In this document: in pieces, positions 37,126 to 51,119 of the stretch
Position numbering within the stretch: the first letter of the stretch is position 1
How the letters are laid out: the number at the start of each line of letters is the position of its first letter
Source: Mobula hypostoma
Taxonomy: Eukaryota
DNA: 64,000 nt
Direction: 5' to 3'
Assembly: GCF_963921235.1 (NCBI RefSeq)
Contig: NC_086100.1
Span: 135,842,001-135,906,000, forward strand
Notes under the pieces: model-generated
Databases searched by the model: none
Told to the model about the DNA's origin: nothing
The model's input: only the letters and a program-made list of their open reading frames with translations
Made by a program: the position numbers and the translations under genes

Positions 37126-38263
37126 TGTCATGGTCCGGTCTGTGAAATCTGCATTCCGGTTCATCAATCCTTATTCCGGGTTTTCCTGTTTTCCCTTGTT
37201 CCAGTGGGTGCTTTAATTGAGGCACCTGATTCTCATTTTGGGCTGGCACATAAATACCTCTGCAAATGAAGGATTTAGGGCTGGACTGTTCCTTTTCCTT
37301 TCCCTCTCCCTCTAAAGCTTTGCCTGCATTCCTGTCAAGTTCAACTGCTGCCATGCCAAGATAAGGAACTATCTATTGTTGAGTTTTGAACTATCTCCTT
37401 GTGTCCCTGTGTTTACTGTCTGTGTCAAAGAAGAGTCTTGGCCCTAGGTCCTGTTGCCAAGGAGGGGTCCTGGCTCTGTGTTCTGTGTTCCTATGTTCCA
37501 GATGCTGTGTTCTAGTCCTGTCCAAGTCAAGGCTTCATGTTCTTGTCCAGTCCACCTCGGCAGTCATCCTAGCCCTGCGTCCTAGAAAGGGTCCTGGCTC
37601 TGCGCTCCAAGGAGGAGTCCCAGCTCCATCCCCAAGAGCCTAACCAAGCCAATTCCAAGAGCTGAACCTAACCAAGTCCAAGAGCTGAGCCAAACCTAGT
37701 CCAAGAGCCTCGTCCTGCCCTGGAGTACCTCATCCAAGGCTCTGAGCGTCCAGCCCACCTCCAAGGCTCTGTGTTCCTGTGTTTCAAGACCAAGTCCAGG
37801 TGCTGTGTTCCAGCCCTGTCCAAATCTGAGCTTTGTGGCCTCATCTAGTTCCAGTGCCTCACCTAGCCCAAGAGTTCCTTGCCCAGTCCAGTGCTGGAGA
37901 TTCCTCGTCCTGTCCTTGCCAAGGTCCTAGTCCCAAGTCTTCGCCTAGACCCGGGTTCTGGTTTTGAGTCAAGACCCAGGTTCTGAGTTCCAACCAAGAC
38001 CTAGGTTCCGGGTCCTTGTCCAGGCTCTGGTTCCGGAATTCCGTATTCCTAGTCCAGGCTCCTTGTTCCTAGTTCCCCGTCTAGATCCCGTATTTCTAGT
38101 CCAAGTCCTAGCCCAGGCCCTGAATCCTAGTCTCATCCAGGGCCTGCGTCAACGTCCAGCGTCATTTCTTCCTTACTCACCTTGCTATCTCGATAGTCCT
38201 GTTCCTAGTACTTCAACGTCTGTGTCTTGCATTTGGGTCTGCTCCCAACACCCCCTTGTAACA
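37126..38263 (+). mobile_element. Solo LTR (1138 bp), Ty3/gypsy-like
   Basis: TGTCA...TAACA termini and a perfect 5-bp TSD caggg (37121-25 / 38264-68). TATA-like cataaata at ~37250 and degenerate internal ccaag/ctagt repeats. Confidence 0.82.
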
Positions 38264-38849
38264 CAGGGAGTATAACTGGCGGGGTTACTAAATAGAGTTG
38301 AGATGGACTCAATAGCCGCGTTCTGTAGTACCTCAATGACTTAAAATTTACAGCTCAGAAAGTAGCTCTTTAACAACAAAAGTGAATTCATTAATCACTC
38401 TTTCGAACCTCCACCCGTGTTTCATCATCTGACCACGATGATTGATCTTGTGCAGTAAACGTTTCCAACTTCTCAAATATATTTATACAATCTGCATCAA
38501 TTTCGGTGTTATAGCAACCCAAGCCACATTCTCACTCTACTTCAGTAATGATGGTAGATCATCAACCCGAAATATTAATTGTTTCCCTCTCCACAGATGC
38601 TGGATACTTCCAGAATGTTCTATTTAATTTCAGGTTTCCAGCATTTGCAGTTTGTTTTTCAACACTATATTAATTAATACCTCATTGTATCATGGAGTCT
38701 GTCGTTTGAGAGTACTTACAATTTTCATCGTCACGCCTCTACAGAGGCATCAACAAATCTCGAATATTTAGTTGACTAATGTGTTAGATCGCTCCGAAAT
38801 GTAATCAATGTTTTAAAAAAAATGCGCATTAGCTCAATACCTCCACTGC

Positions 38850-39520
<671 letters not shown>

Positions 39521-41051
39521 GGGAAAGGAATAGTTAGTTATTCTGCGTATGGTATGTAGATTTGATGCGTTTCCTGTGCTTCAGAGTGTATCCAGCGCTG
39601 AGTAGAGTAGTTGGATGTCTGAGCAGATTCTTCAGTCACCAATTCCGCGGTTATCTCGAAAATGACAGGAGGGAATGTTACCATTCACCTGCCGCTTTAT
39701 TAAATGTAATGCTCATAAAATATAAATGCGCGATTTCCGAGCTTACATTTTTAAAACAATTTTGGATTAGAGTATACCCGTCCATCGAGAGTTGTGCATT
39801 TTCCATTCATTCTGGTTGTGAGCCCCAACGTGCGTTAATGTTACGTCCTTTCAAGCAAACTCCACCCTATTTATTAAATTAGCCGTTTCAAATGCTCTCC
39901 TCCTTAGCTATTATTAAGGTCGATCATTTATTTTTTGTAAATTAGAGTACAGTAACAATTTTAGTGAATATCCAGGAGGTGAACTTGGTCTTGTGGTACT
40001 TGATAAAGTACCATGTGTTGCAAATACTTTACTGGCTACAGCGTCTAGATTTCCATGGTTTAGTACTATTACGACGTAACTTGCCTTGGAAGCCACTTTC
40101 TTTCTCGATATTTTAATATTGCACTGGTCTTTGATTTTTTTTAAAAAATGCTCCCCGATTCTCATTTGACATTCATTACTGATGCGTTGAAGATTAATGT
40201 CATGTTCAAACACCACTTTTTCCTGCCATGACTTGTTATAAAAGCTTGGTATATTACTTGCACTATATTAGAAAAACATGTATAGGAGGAGTATGTCGGA
40301 TACCTGTGCAGTTTTTTTTGATATTTTTCATAACTTTGTAATATATTCGAGAAATACAGCTGTGAAATTTGAACATTTTCTTCTAGGGTAAGCTATTTTT
40401 TTTTAAAAAAACATGCTTTGGGTAGGTATTTCAATTCTAACCTGACACCCTAGGGGGTGCTGTGATTATCTAAGTTGTTAAGTCAAGAGGCTATCCAAAA
40501 TGTTAATTTTAATGGAAAATTTGAACCTAAAATTTCTCTGGATCCACTCTTCCATGTATCAAGACTTGGGTTCGTAAGTGGAGACTCAGCTAACTGGCTT
40601 CAACGGGAAATATGTGATACTTGAATAGTCTTAACATAGTTGAACCTTTTACTTGGAGGAGGAGATGTTGTATGTGTTTTCATAATAATCACCATTAACT
40701 AAAAATTGGAATATTTAAGTTACATATCTGCTGTCTTTCAGTGCAGATTGGAAGCTTCATCACTGTGCAGTTAGTAGTTTTGCCTCATTTTAATAACATT
40801 TTACACTTCCTCCAGATTTGAGCATGAAATCTGCTAGTGTAGTGCATCAGCTCCTCCATATTATATCAAAAGTTTTCTGGATATGATATTGAAAAGATTC
40901 TGACCTGCATCCTTGGATACACATGTTTTTTTGAAGAAGGTGGCTGTTTTCCAGTCATGGTCATATTTACCTTCAGGAGATCAGTGTGTTATCATTGGTT
41001 TGCTGTTTGTGGGTATTAGCATTATAATAAAAACTTCAGAAATTAAGAGCA

Positions 41052-42390
41052 TCACACACAAAATGCTGGAGGAACTCCGGCTGGCCAGCATCTATGGAAA
41101 AGAGTTAATAGTTGATGTTTCGAGCGGAAGCCTCATCAGGGCTGTTTTTAAAAAGATGAGAGTCAGAGTAAGAAGGTGGGGGTAGGAGAGAAAGAAGTAC
41201 AAGGTGATAAGTGAAACTAGGGGAGGGGTGAAGTAAAGTGCTGGGAAATTGGTGTCAGAGATCGGAAGAAGGAGGAATCTGATAGGGTAGAGGCCTATGG
41301 AGGCAATGGAAGGGGGAGAAGCACCAGAAGGAAGTGATGGGCAAGTAAGGATATAAGGTCAATTACTGGAAGTTGGAGAAATCAACGTTCATGTCGTCAG
41401 GTTGGAGGCTACTCGGACAGAATGTAAGGTATTGTTCCTCCAATCTGCGTGTGCCCTCATCATAGCAGAAGAGGGGACCATGGACTGGTATGTCAGAATG
41501 GGAAGTAGAATTGAAATGAGTGGCCACTGGGAGATCCAGCTTTTTCTGGCAGACAGAGCATAGGTTCTTAGTGAAGTGGTCTCCCAATTATGTAAGGTCT
41601 TGTCGATATACACGTGGCTACACCAGGATCACCCCAACAGACTCACAGGTGAAGTGTCACTCACTTGGAAGGACTTTTTGGGGCCTTGAATGATAGTGAA
41701 GGAGGAGCTGTAGGGGCAGGTGTGGCTCTTGTTCTGCTTGCAAGGATAAGTATCAGGAGGGAGATCAGTGAGGAGGGACAAATGGACAAAGGAGTCGCCT
41801 AGGGAACAATCCCTGTGGAAATTTTGGGGGGGGGGGGCAAGATGCGCTTAAGTGATGGGATCAAGTTGAAGTTGTGGAGAATTATGTCCTAGATACAGAG
41901 ACTAGTGGGGTGGTAGGTAAGTACATGAGCAACCCTATCACTGGTGGGATGGGGTGAGTGCAGATGTGCGTGAAATGGAAGACGTGGGTGAGTGCAGTGT
42001 TGATATGTTGGTCCCTCCACCCCATCCACTTCAAGCACCTGCGCTCCGTCTGCCAGAAAAGGGTGAATCGCCCGGTGGCCACCCATTTCCATTCCAACAT
42101 GTCAGTCCATGGCCTCCTCTTCTGCGATGAGGCCACAATCAGGTTGGAGGAGCAACACCTTGTGTTCTGTGTGAGTAGCCTCCAATCTGATAGCTACAAC
42201 ATCTATTTCTTGAACTTCAGTAAATTCGGTATTTACTTCTGCCGGAGGAGTGACTTGAATCTACTTCAAGTTTCTTCCTGCCCTCCCCCACCTTCTTACT
42301 CTGACTTCTCGTCTTTTTTTCCAGTTACTTTTTTTTTCATAGATGCTGGCTGGCCTGATAAATCCCTCCAGCATTTTGTCTGTGTAGCCG
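41052..42390. mobile_element. Penelope-like element with an inverted terminal duplication
   Basis: GIY-YIG C-terminus on the minus strand (GDHFTKNLCSV...DLPVATHFNS, 41363-41613) and again on the plus strand (HLRSVCQK...PVATHF, ~42020-42220). Each is followed by the terminal repeat. Confidence 0.82.
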
Positions 42391-42718
42391 CTTGACCCTG
42401 CCCTGTTGGTGGTATATCTGCATCCGAGATGGATTAAAGTGCTTTTGACAAATCTGGTGTGCTACTCTTCGAACAAATATGCTTCTATTTTTTTTATTTT
42501 GTTTCATTAATCACTTCCTTTTGCTTTTAATGCAATGAATACGGCTTTGAGTTTCTCTTACACTAAATGGTGGAATAGGGGTGTTCATGCTTGCATCTTA
42601 CGTGCAACTTGTGATGGAGCAGTACAAATAGTCTTTTTTTTTCTGTATCACTTTAGAATATAAAATTAAGGATTCATCCAGATTTCAAAACTGGGAATTA
42701 AAGATGAGCATGTAACTT

Positions 42719-43020
42719 CGTGGCCAAGTGGTTAAGGCATTGGACTAGTGACCTGAAGGTTGAGTTCGAGCTCTAGCCAAGGCAACGTGTTGTGTCCTTG
42801 AGCAAGGCATTTAATCTCACATTGCTCTGTGATGACACTGGTGCCAAGCTGTATGGGTCCTAATGCCCTTCCCTTGGACAACATTGGTGTCGTGGAGAGG
42901 GGAGACTTGCAGCATGGGTAACTGCCGGTCCTCCACGAAACCTTACCCAGGCCTGCGCCCTGGAGAGTGAAGAATTTCCAGGCACAGATCCATGGTCTCA
43001 CAAGGCTAACGGATGCCTTA
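42719..43020 (+). mobile_element. tRNA-derived SINE with an RTE-like tail
   Basis: The head tggccaagtggttaaggcattggactag...gttcgagc matches the 20149 SINE, but the 3' body differs and ends atccatggtctcacaaggctaacggatgcc. Confidence 0.8.
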
Positions 43021-43613
43021 AATGTGATATTAATCTTACATTTTTGCCTTTTATTATTTTAAACCTTTACAGATCACTTTTGAACCAGGATGTATATTTG
43101 AATATTTATTCTGTGGTATCAGGAAGGACTAGCTAGTTTGTGCATAGTGGAATATGTGATCAGATAAGTTTGAGATGTGAAGAAAGGGTATTGTTTGCTG
43201 CCTCTTTAAAGAAAATGTTCATTTAATATGCTAGTGATGAAACTTCAGAAGTAAAACATTGGTTCTGATTGTGTTAGGTGCTACCTCTAGCTCTTAAAGT
43301 AATTACAATATCTTGACATTTTTTGCATTGTTATTGTGCTTTGCTATACCCTCCATTCATAAACAGAAATGGGGGGAAATTATGAAGAATTGTCCTCCTA
43401 TACTGAGCCCAAAGCTAGCAATATTATTTCGGTGAATAAAGAGGACATATAATAATGTGTAGTACAACATTAATAATGAAACAAATTTGTGAAAGGCTGC
43501 AAATACTTCCATGAAGATAGTACAATATTCCTTAATCTCATATTTGGTCATCTTGTGTAAATTTTTTTAACCAGTATAACATAGCTTATTAACTACTTAA
43601 TGTTTTGCTGCAG

Positions 43614-43671
43614 GGCTTGTGTATCATTGGGACCTAAGAATCGGGCAATTGGAGCAGCTGCCAAGATCCAG
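43614..43671 (+). CDS. HSPA4L: HSPA4L exon 2
   Basis: ctgcag| ... CAG|gtagga, encoding ACVSLGPKNRAIGAAAKIQ. 58 bp, phase compatible with exon 1. Confidence 0.92.
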
Positions 43672-44470
43672 GTAGGAAAGTGTTGAATTCTATCTTTTGG
43701 CAACAGATTATTGTTTTTATCTTTTGAATGTGAGCATTTGCCAAAATTTTCATTGGGATTCATTTAGCATTATTGCTGAACTGCAGCACAAATCTGAAAT
43801 TTCTGTAGTGTATTTGAAGGTAAATGTATGATACTTTTTGTATGCAAGGTCCTTTAATTTTTGCATTAGTGCTATGTATGCACTTTATTCTTTTTTAGTA
43901 ATTTCCCTTTTTGTTTGAGCTGATATTTTATGTTCAAAGTGGTGGTTGTTTTTACATCCTTGTTAGCAATACATTTTCATTACACATCTTTTATCTTTAT
44001 CATTTGGAAACTGAACAGATATTAATATTTCTAAATAAGAAAATGCTTACAAAATCTATCCAATTGTTTTGTATTTACATTACGTGAAATTTCAGGTTAC
44101 TATCATTAGATCAATAGTGCAATAATATTTTCTGAGAAGCCAAACGCAAAACTTCTGCCAACCAAAATTTAAGAAAATAGGAGTTTGACTTGTCAGAAAA
44201 TGTTATTGCACCATTAGTGATAATTATAGTAATCTGAGATTTAAAATAATGTTTCATGTTGGTATTAACAAATTGCATTGTGGTATTTTATGAAATACAT
44301 TGAATAATAAACTGAAGAAAAACTTAATTCCTTATTATAATGGTGGTTTTGCTATTAAGATGAAGAAATCATATTTCAGAAGTTAGAAGTTTATTGTAGG
44401 AATAATCATTTTTAAGTATAATTTAGTCAGTGTTGCTGTTTGCCATATTTGTGAATGTTTCAATTTGCAG

Positions 44471-44611
44471 ATTGTGACCAATGCAAAGAATACAATACAA
44501 GGTTTTAAACGACTGCATGGCAGGACCTTCGATGACCCATTTGTACAGGCTGAAAAAAGCAAGCTTGCTTATGAACTTCAAAAGTTACCAAGTGGCAGTG
44601 TTGGAATCAAA
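44471..44611 (+). CDS. HSPA4L: HSPA4L exon 3
   Basis: ttgcag| ... AAA|gtaagt, encoding [47 protein letters not shown]. 141 bp. Confidence 0.93.
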
Positions 44612-44830
44612 GTAAGTTTTTTTTTCTTTGTGGAGACCATATGTTAATTAGTATGTGTAGAAGTTTAATTATAAAGAATTCCCTAGTGTTTCACTGAATG
44701 TTATCAAACAAAATTTGGTGCAAAGCTACACCAGCAGCTATTGGGCATGATCAGAAGTGTTTAAGGAGTATCTTCGAAAGAAAAGTTTTAATGAAAAAGA
44801 ACCACATTATAAATTGCAAGCTTTTATAAG

Positions 44831-45986
44831 TGAACCCCTTTTTTTTTTTTACTGGCCATCTCTAGAGATGCAGCTTGTTAGTCTGTCGCTACCAGCCACT
44901 GTACTGTTGTGAGGAAACCATCTTTGTCAAACTCCATACGTCTATGGTCAGTTTGACTTGGGTCCCATCAAAACTGGGAAGTTGGGATATCTTAACCACC
45001 TGAACCCCAATCTGTGTGAATACTGCCCCCATGCAAGTAGCCGTCAGCAAGGAATAACAGATCATACACTGCATACAATTATAAAGAAAGTATATTTACA
45101 AATTTCATCTGTTTGGAATTGTTATTGGGAAAAAGAAAAAATTTAAAGGGCCCATTAGTTATTCCAGTCCAAATGTACACAACTTCAAGATGAGCTCCAA
45201 CTTTAACTCGCGTGCTGGACCCACAAAACACACACCACCTTCCAAATGTTGCTCAAAATCCACCTCGAATAAACGGGCTTCCCCATGGGAGTATTGGTCC
45301 TTCCTTGAAGCCATTCATCTGCACAAAGCACCTTGTGCAACAGAGACGGCATCTTCAGCTATCTTCCCTCCTGTCCTGTCCTCTCCTCTCCCGCCAGAAA
45401 GACTTTGACCCACACCAGTGTCCGTCACTAAAACCTCTCCGCCCAGCGTCTCTAGAACCTCCCAATGGTTGGAGGCTCGAAGTTTTCGGACGGACGGACG
45501 GACTCAGTGTCGGCTGCTTCCAAGGCATTGGCAAGTTGACGGTGCCTGGAGGTTTATGGCAGGGATTTTCTCCCTTTTGCCGCTGCTATCAGGGACTCGG
45601 GGACTTTGAGATTTTTTTTTACCGTGCCCATGGTTTGTTCTTCATCAAGTTATGGTATTGCTTTGCACTGTTGTAACTATATGTTATAATTATGGGGTTC
45701 TGTCAGTGTTAGTCTTTGGTTTGTCCTGTTTTCTGTGATATCACTCCAGAGAAACATTGTATCATTTCTTAATGCATGTATGCATTTTTAAATGACAATA
45801 AAAGAGGACTGAGTGTTCTCATAATCTTAAAAATTCCACCATCCTGATTGGCTGACACAATATTCCTAAGTTGAACAGCAACCCCTTCAGCTCAAACCCA
45901 AACATGCTAAAAGCAAAACAGACTGCTCGTACAGAACTGCTAAAAATGAAATACCTACAGCATAGTAGTAAAAACTGGAAGTTACA
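44831..45986. mobile_element. Solo LTR candidate with an internal SINE-like insert (~45463-45830)
   Basis: TGAAC...GTTACA termini flanked by a 4-bp taag duplication (44827-30 / 45987-90). Confidence 0.5.
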
Positions 45987-46094
45987 TAAGTAGTAATGTC
46001 ACTGACAACATTACTCACTATTTAAAATTGATAATTGAAATTAAAGTGTCTTGTGACATCAGCCTTCATGTTGAGCAGAAGTTTTATAATGTTG

Positions 46095-46860
46095 ATCAGA
46101 GTTCAAAGTACATATATGTCACCATGTACAACCCTGAGATTCATTTCTTGTGGGCATTCTCAATGGAACTATAATAGCTACTTACAGTATAACAAAATCA
46201 ATGAAAGACCGCCTGTCTGGGGTGTTCATCCAAAGTACAGAAGACAACAAACTGCAAATGCAAATATAAATAATACTGAGAACATGAGATGAAGAGTCCT
46301 TGGTTGTAGGAACATTTCAATTGTGGGGCAAGTGGTTATTCCCTTTGTTCAAGAGCCTAATGGTTGAGGGTTAGTAACTGTGGTTGTGCAAGTCCTGAGG
46401 TTCTTGTATCACCACCTTGATGACGGCAGTGAGAAGAGAGTGTCACCTGGGTGGTGGGGATCCCTGATAATCAATGCTGCTTTCCTACAACAGCACTTCA
46501 TGTAGCTGTGCTCAATGGTTGGGAGGGCTTTACTGGTGATGATCTGGGCGAAATCCACTACTTTTTGTAGGATTTTCCATTTAAGGGGATTGGTGTTTAT
46601 TTGTCAGGCTGTGATGCAGTTAGTCAGTATACTCTCCACTACACATCTACAGAAGTTTGTCAAAGTTTTAGATCTCATGCTGGATCTCATTGAGCAAGAG
46701 GTTGTTACGATACCAGATATAAGTGTAAGGCAAGTAGAGCAGGGGTCTAAGCATACAGTGTTGTGGTTCACCTATGCTGTTGGAGATTGTGGGGGAGATG
46801 TTGCCAGTCCAAACTGACTGAAGCCTGTAAGTGAGGAAATCCAGGATCCAGTTGCACAAT
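46095..46860 (-). mobile_element. Rex1/Babar-type LINE 3' fragment
   Basis: CNWILDFLT...[13 protein letters not shown], with a 3' body similar to 32647-33270. Confidence 0.7.
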
Positions 46861-47074
46861 CCTTCTTTTGCATGAGAATCTCAATGTAAAATCTTTATTA
46901 TAAGGGATTTCTAGCATCACATTCCAGCAGTCATGGTTTACATAGGAGCTTGTACAGAGGGTCACAAGCCCCACTGTACTAGCAATGATCCCAGATGCAT
47001 CATGGGCTCAATGGGCCAAACTGTTTGCTATTCTTAAAGCATTGTGTGCTGAGTAAAATATTACAAGATCTGTA

Positions 47075-50000
47075 AGTTCAATTGCAATGCTGGAGGATTT
47101 CAGCAAGTCTGGCAGCATCCATGGAGGGGAATAAATGGTGAATGTTTTTGGTTGAGACCCTTCATCGGGATTGCAAAAGAAGGTTGCAGATTCCAGAATA
47201 AGTAGGTGGGGGGTGGGGAAGGATTGCAAGCTTTTAAGTGATAGGTAAAACCAGTGGGTGGAGGAAGGGGTGAAGTAAGAAGTTAGGATATGACAGATGG
47301 AAGAGGGAAGGGGTTGAAGGAGGAAGAATCCAATAGAAGAGCACAGTGGACCATGTGAGGAGGAGGAGGGACACCAGATGGAGGAGAATGGGCAGGTGAG
47401 AAGAGGAGGAGGGGAGAGATCACTGTTCATGCCACCAGTTTGGAGTCTACCCAGATAGAATATTAGGTATAGCTCCTCTAACCTGAGTATGGCCTCATTG
47501 TGGCAGTAGAGGAGACCATGGATACACATTTTGGGAATGGGAAGTCAAATTGAAATGGTTAGTCACCAGGCGATCCTTCCTTTTGTGCCAGATGAAGTGT
47601 ATGTGTTCGCTGAAGTGGTATCTCGATCTACTGAACGTCAGGTCTCACTGATGCAGAGGAGGCTGCACTGGGAGCACCAGGTACAATAAATGACCCTGAC
47701 AGGCTTGCAGCTGAGTGCCTCACATGGAAGGACTGTTTGGGGCTCTGAATGGTGTTAAGAAAGGCAGGTGTTGAACTTGTAATACTTGCAGAGATAAGTG
47801 CCGGGGGGAGATCTGTGGGGGGGGGCAGGGGGAGATGGGTGAACAAGGAAGTCGGGTAGAGAGCAATCCCTATGGAGAGCTGAAGGAGTGAAAGATGTGT
47901 TTAGCAGTAGGATCATGTTGCAGATGGCTTAAGTTACAAAGAATGGATATCCTGGCTGCAGAGACTCTTGGGGTGGTAGGTAAACACAAGGAGGACAGCA
48001 TCCCTGGGGTGCTGATGATAGAGTGAAGGCGGCATTGATGATGGTGGAAGGGAAATGCTGTTTTTTGAAAAAGGAAAACGTCTTGGATGTTCCATAGCAT
48101 TGGATAGGGCTAGGAATAGACAAATTGAGAAAGCATTTAACTGGAGTAAGGTGAAATATGAGGTTCTCGGGCAGGAACTTGGAAGCATAAACTGGGAACA
48201 GATGCTCTCAGGGAAATGTACGGCAGAAATGTGGCAAATGTTCAGGGGATATTTGCGTGGGGTTCTGCATAGGTACGTTCCAATGAGAAAGGGAAAGGAT
48301 GGTAGGGTACAGGAACTGTGGTGTACAAAGGCGGTTGTAAATCTAGTCAAGAAGAAAAGAAAAGCTTCCGAAAAGTTCTGGAAAAACTAGATAATGATAG
48401 AGATCTTGAAGATTATAAGGCTATCAGGAAGGAGCTGAAGAATGAAATTGGAGTCAGAAGGGGCAATGAGGCCTTAGCAGACAGGATTAGGGAAAACCCC
48501 AAGGTATTCTACAAGTATGTGAAGAGCAAGAGGATAAGACGTGAGATAATAGGACCAATCAAGTGTGACAGTGGAAAAGTGTGTATGGAACCGGAGGAGA
48601 TAGCAGAGGTACTTGATGAATATTTTGCTTCAGTATTCACTATGGAAAAGGATCCTGGCAATTGTAGGGATGACTTACAGTGGACTGAAAAGCTTAAGTA
48701 TATAGATATTAAGAAAGGATGTGCTGGAGCTTTTGGAAAGCATCAAGATGGATGAACCACTGGGACGGGATGAGATGTACCCCTGGCTACTGTGGAAGGT
48801 GAGGGAGGAGATTGCTGAGCCTCTGGCGATGATCTTTGCATCATTAATGGGGACAGGAGAGGTTCTGGAAGATTGGAGGATTGCGGATTTTGTTCCTTTA
48901 TTCAAGAAAGGGAGTAGGATCTGTTCTGGGACCCTTACTCTGTGATTTTTATAAATGACTTGGATGAGGAAGTGGAAAGACGCTTTAGTAAATTTGCTGA
49001 TGACTCAAAGGTTGGGGGTGTTATAGATAATGTGGAGGGCTATCAAAGGTTACAGCGGAACATTGATAGGATGCAAAACTGGGCTGAAAAGTGGCAGATG
49101 GAGTTCAACCCAGTTAAGTGTGAAGTGGTTCATTTTGGTAGGTCAAATATGATGGCAGAATACGGTATTAATGGTAAGACTCTTGGCAGTGTGGAGGATC
49201 AGCGGGATCTTGGGGTCCGAGTCCATAGGACACACAAAGCTGCTACGCAGGTTGACTCTGTGATTAGGAAGACATACTGTGCATTGGCTTTCATCAATCG
49301 TGGGATTGAGTTTAGGAGCCGAGGGGTAATGTTGCAGCTATATAGGACCCTGGTCAGACCCCACTTGGAGTACTGTGCTCAGTTCTGGTAGCCTCACTAC
49401 AAGAAGGATGTGGAAACCATAGAAAGGGTGCAGAGGAGATTTACAAGGATGTTACCAGGATTGGGGAGCATGCCTTGTGAGAATAGGTTGAGTGAACTTG
49501 GCCTTTTCTCCTTGGAGTGACGGAGGAGAGGTGACCTGATAGAGGTGTATAAGATGATGAGAGGCATTGATTGTGTGGATAGTAAGGCTTTTTCCCCAGG
49601 GCTGAAATGGTTAACACGAGAGGGCACAGTTTTAAGGTGCTTGGAAGTAAGTACAGAGGCGATGCCAGGGGTAAGTTTTTCTTTTACGCAGAAAATGGTG
49701 AGTGTGTGGAGTGGGTTGCCGGCAACGGTGGTGGAGGCAGATACGATAGGGTCTTTTTAGAGACTCCTGGATAAGTGTATGGAGCTTAGAAAAATAGAGG
49801 GCTATGGGTATCCCTAGGTAAGGACATGTTTGGCACAGCTTTGTGAGCTGAAGGGCCTGTATTGTGTTGTAGGTTTTCTATGTTCTAGAATGGAAAGCCT
49901 TGACCTGAGAAGAGATGGGACAATATGGAGGAACTGAAAAAGGGAATAGCATTTTTATAAAATAACTGGCAGGAAGAGGTATAGTCAAGATAACTAAGAA

Positions 50001-50770
50001 TCGGTAGGTTTCTAAAATATATCGGCAGACAGCCTGTCTCCTGAGATGGAGAAAAAGATAAAGAAAGGAGAGGGGTATCAGAAATAGACCAAGTAAATTT
50101 GATGGCAGAGTGGATGTTGGAGCCAAAGTTCCTAAAATTAGCAAGTTCCTAATGGGTGCAGGAAGCAGCACCGATACAGTTGTCAAAGTAGTGTAGAAAG
50201 AAATGAGGAGCATTAACTACCAATGCAGGCTTGGAAAATGGACTGGTCCACTTAGCCAACAAAAAGACAGGAATAGCTGGGGCCCATGTGGGTCTATAAG
50301 AGTATAGGGTAAAAATGAGATAATCAATTTCAGGTAATTGAAGTGAAGCATCTTCACTCCATCTGCTACAAAAGACAGGATCTCAAGGTGGACGCCCATT
50401 TCAGTTGGCTTCCTTTCCCACTCAGACATATCTAACCATGGCCTCCTCTACTACCATGATGGGGCCATACTTGGGTAGAAGGAGCTACTCCTCATGTCAT
50501 CTGGATAGCCTCCAACCTGATGGCATGAACATCAATTTCCATACCTTCTGGTAACTTCTGTCCCTTCACAGTTCGTTCTCTCGCTCTTGCTCTCCCTCCA
50601 CATTCACCATGCTGGTTACCCTCTCACCCCTTGTCCTCACCTACCCATCTCCTCACACTGGTGTCCTCCTCCTCGTCTCATGGTCTACCGACTGTTTATT
50701 CCCCTCTATAGATGCTACCTGACTTGTTGAGTTTCTCCACCATTTTATGTATTGCTCAAGATTTACAGAA
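47075..50770 (-). mobile_element. Penelope-like element (RT and GIY-YIG remnants) split by a CR1, with an inverted terminal copy at ~50340-50770
   Basis: HGLLYCHNEAILRLEELYLIFYLGRLQTGGMN, and RT remnants at 49886-50330 (DNCIGAASC, KFTWSISD, YLDYTSS). The sequence is contiguous across the CR1 (ggatgttc|tagaatggaaag). Confidence 0.8.
48093..49885 (+). mobile_element. Young CR1 LINE with an internal deletion
   Basis: ENPKVFYKYVKSKR, EDWRIADFVPLFKKG joined directly to SVLGP, SKFADD and LEYCAQFW, with a TTTTCTATGTTC tail. Confidence 0.93.
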
Positions 50771-51119
50771 TACATCTGAGATGTCATTGTCATCATTCAA
50801 AGAATAGGGTTTCCATTCCACTATCACTGATGTCTCCTCTTACCTGTATCTCCTCCATTTCCCAGACATCTGTCCTCACCACATCTTACCCCTGCCATGA
50901 AAGGGACAGAGCTTCCCTTGTCCTTGCCAACTGTCCCTAGGGTGTCTGCATCCTGCTGTGTCTTCCTCTACATCAGTGAGACCTAACATCGATGGGGGGG
51001 GCGGGGTCTTTTTTTTTAGCACCTTTGCTCCATCTGTCACAAAAGGTGGACTTTCCCAGTGACCATATATTTCTATTCTACTTTCCATTTTTTCCATTCC
51101 CGTTCTGACATGTTGCATC

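Noticed and set aside
37386-38275. ORFs of 85-103 aa upstream of HSPA4L
   Set aside because: Low-complexity translations of the LTR's internal repeats with no recognisable domain.
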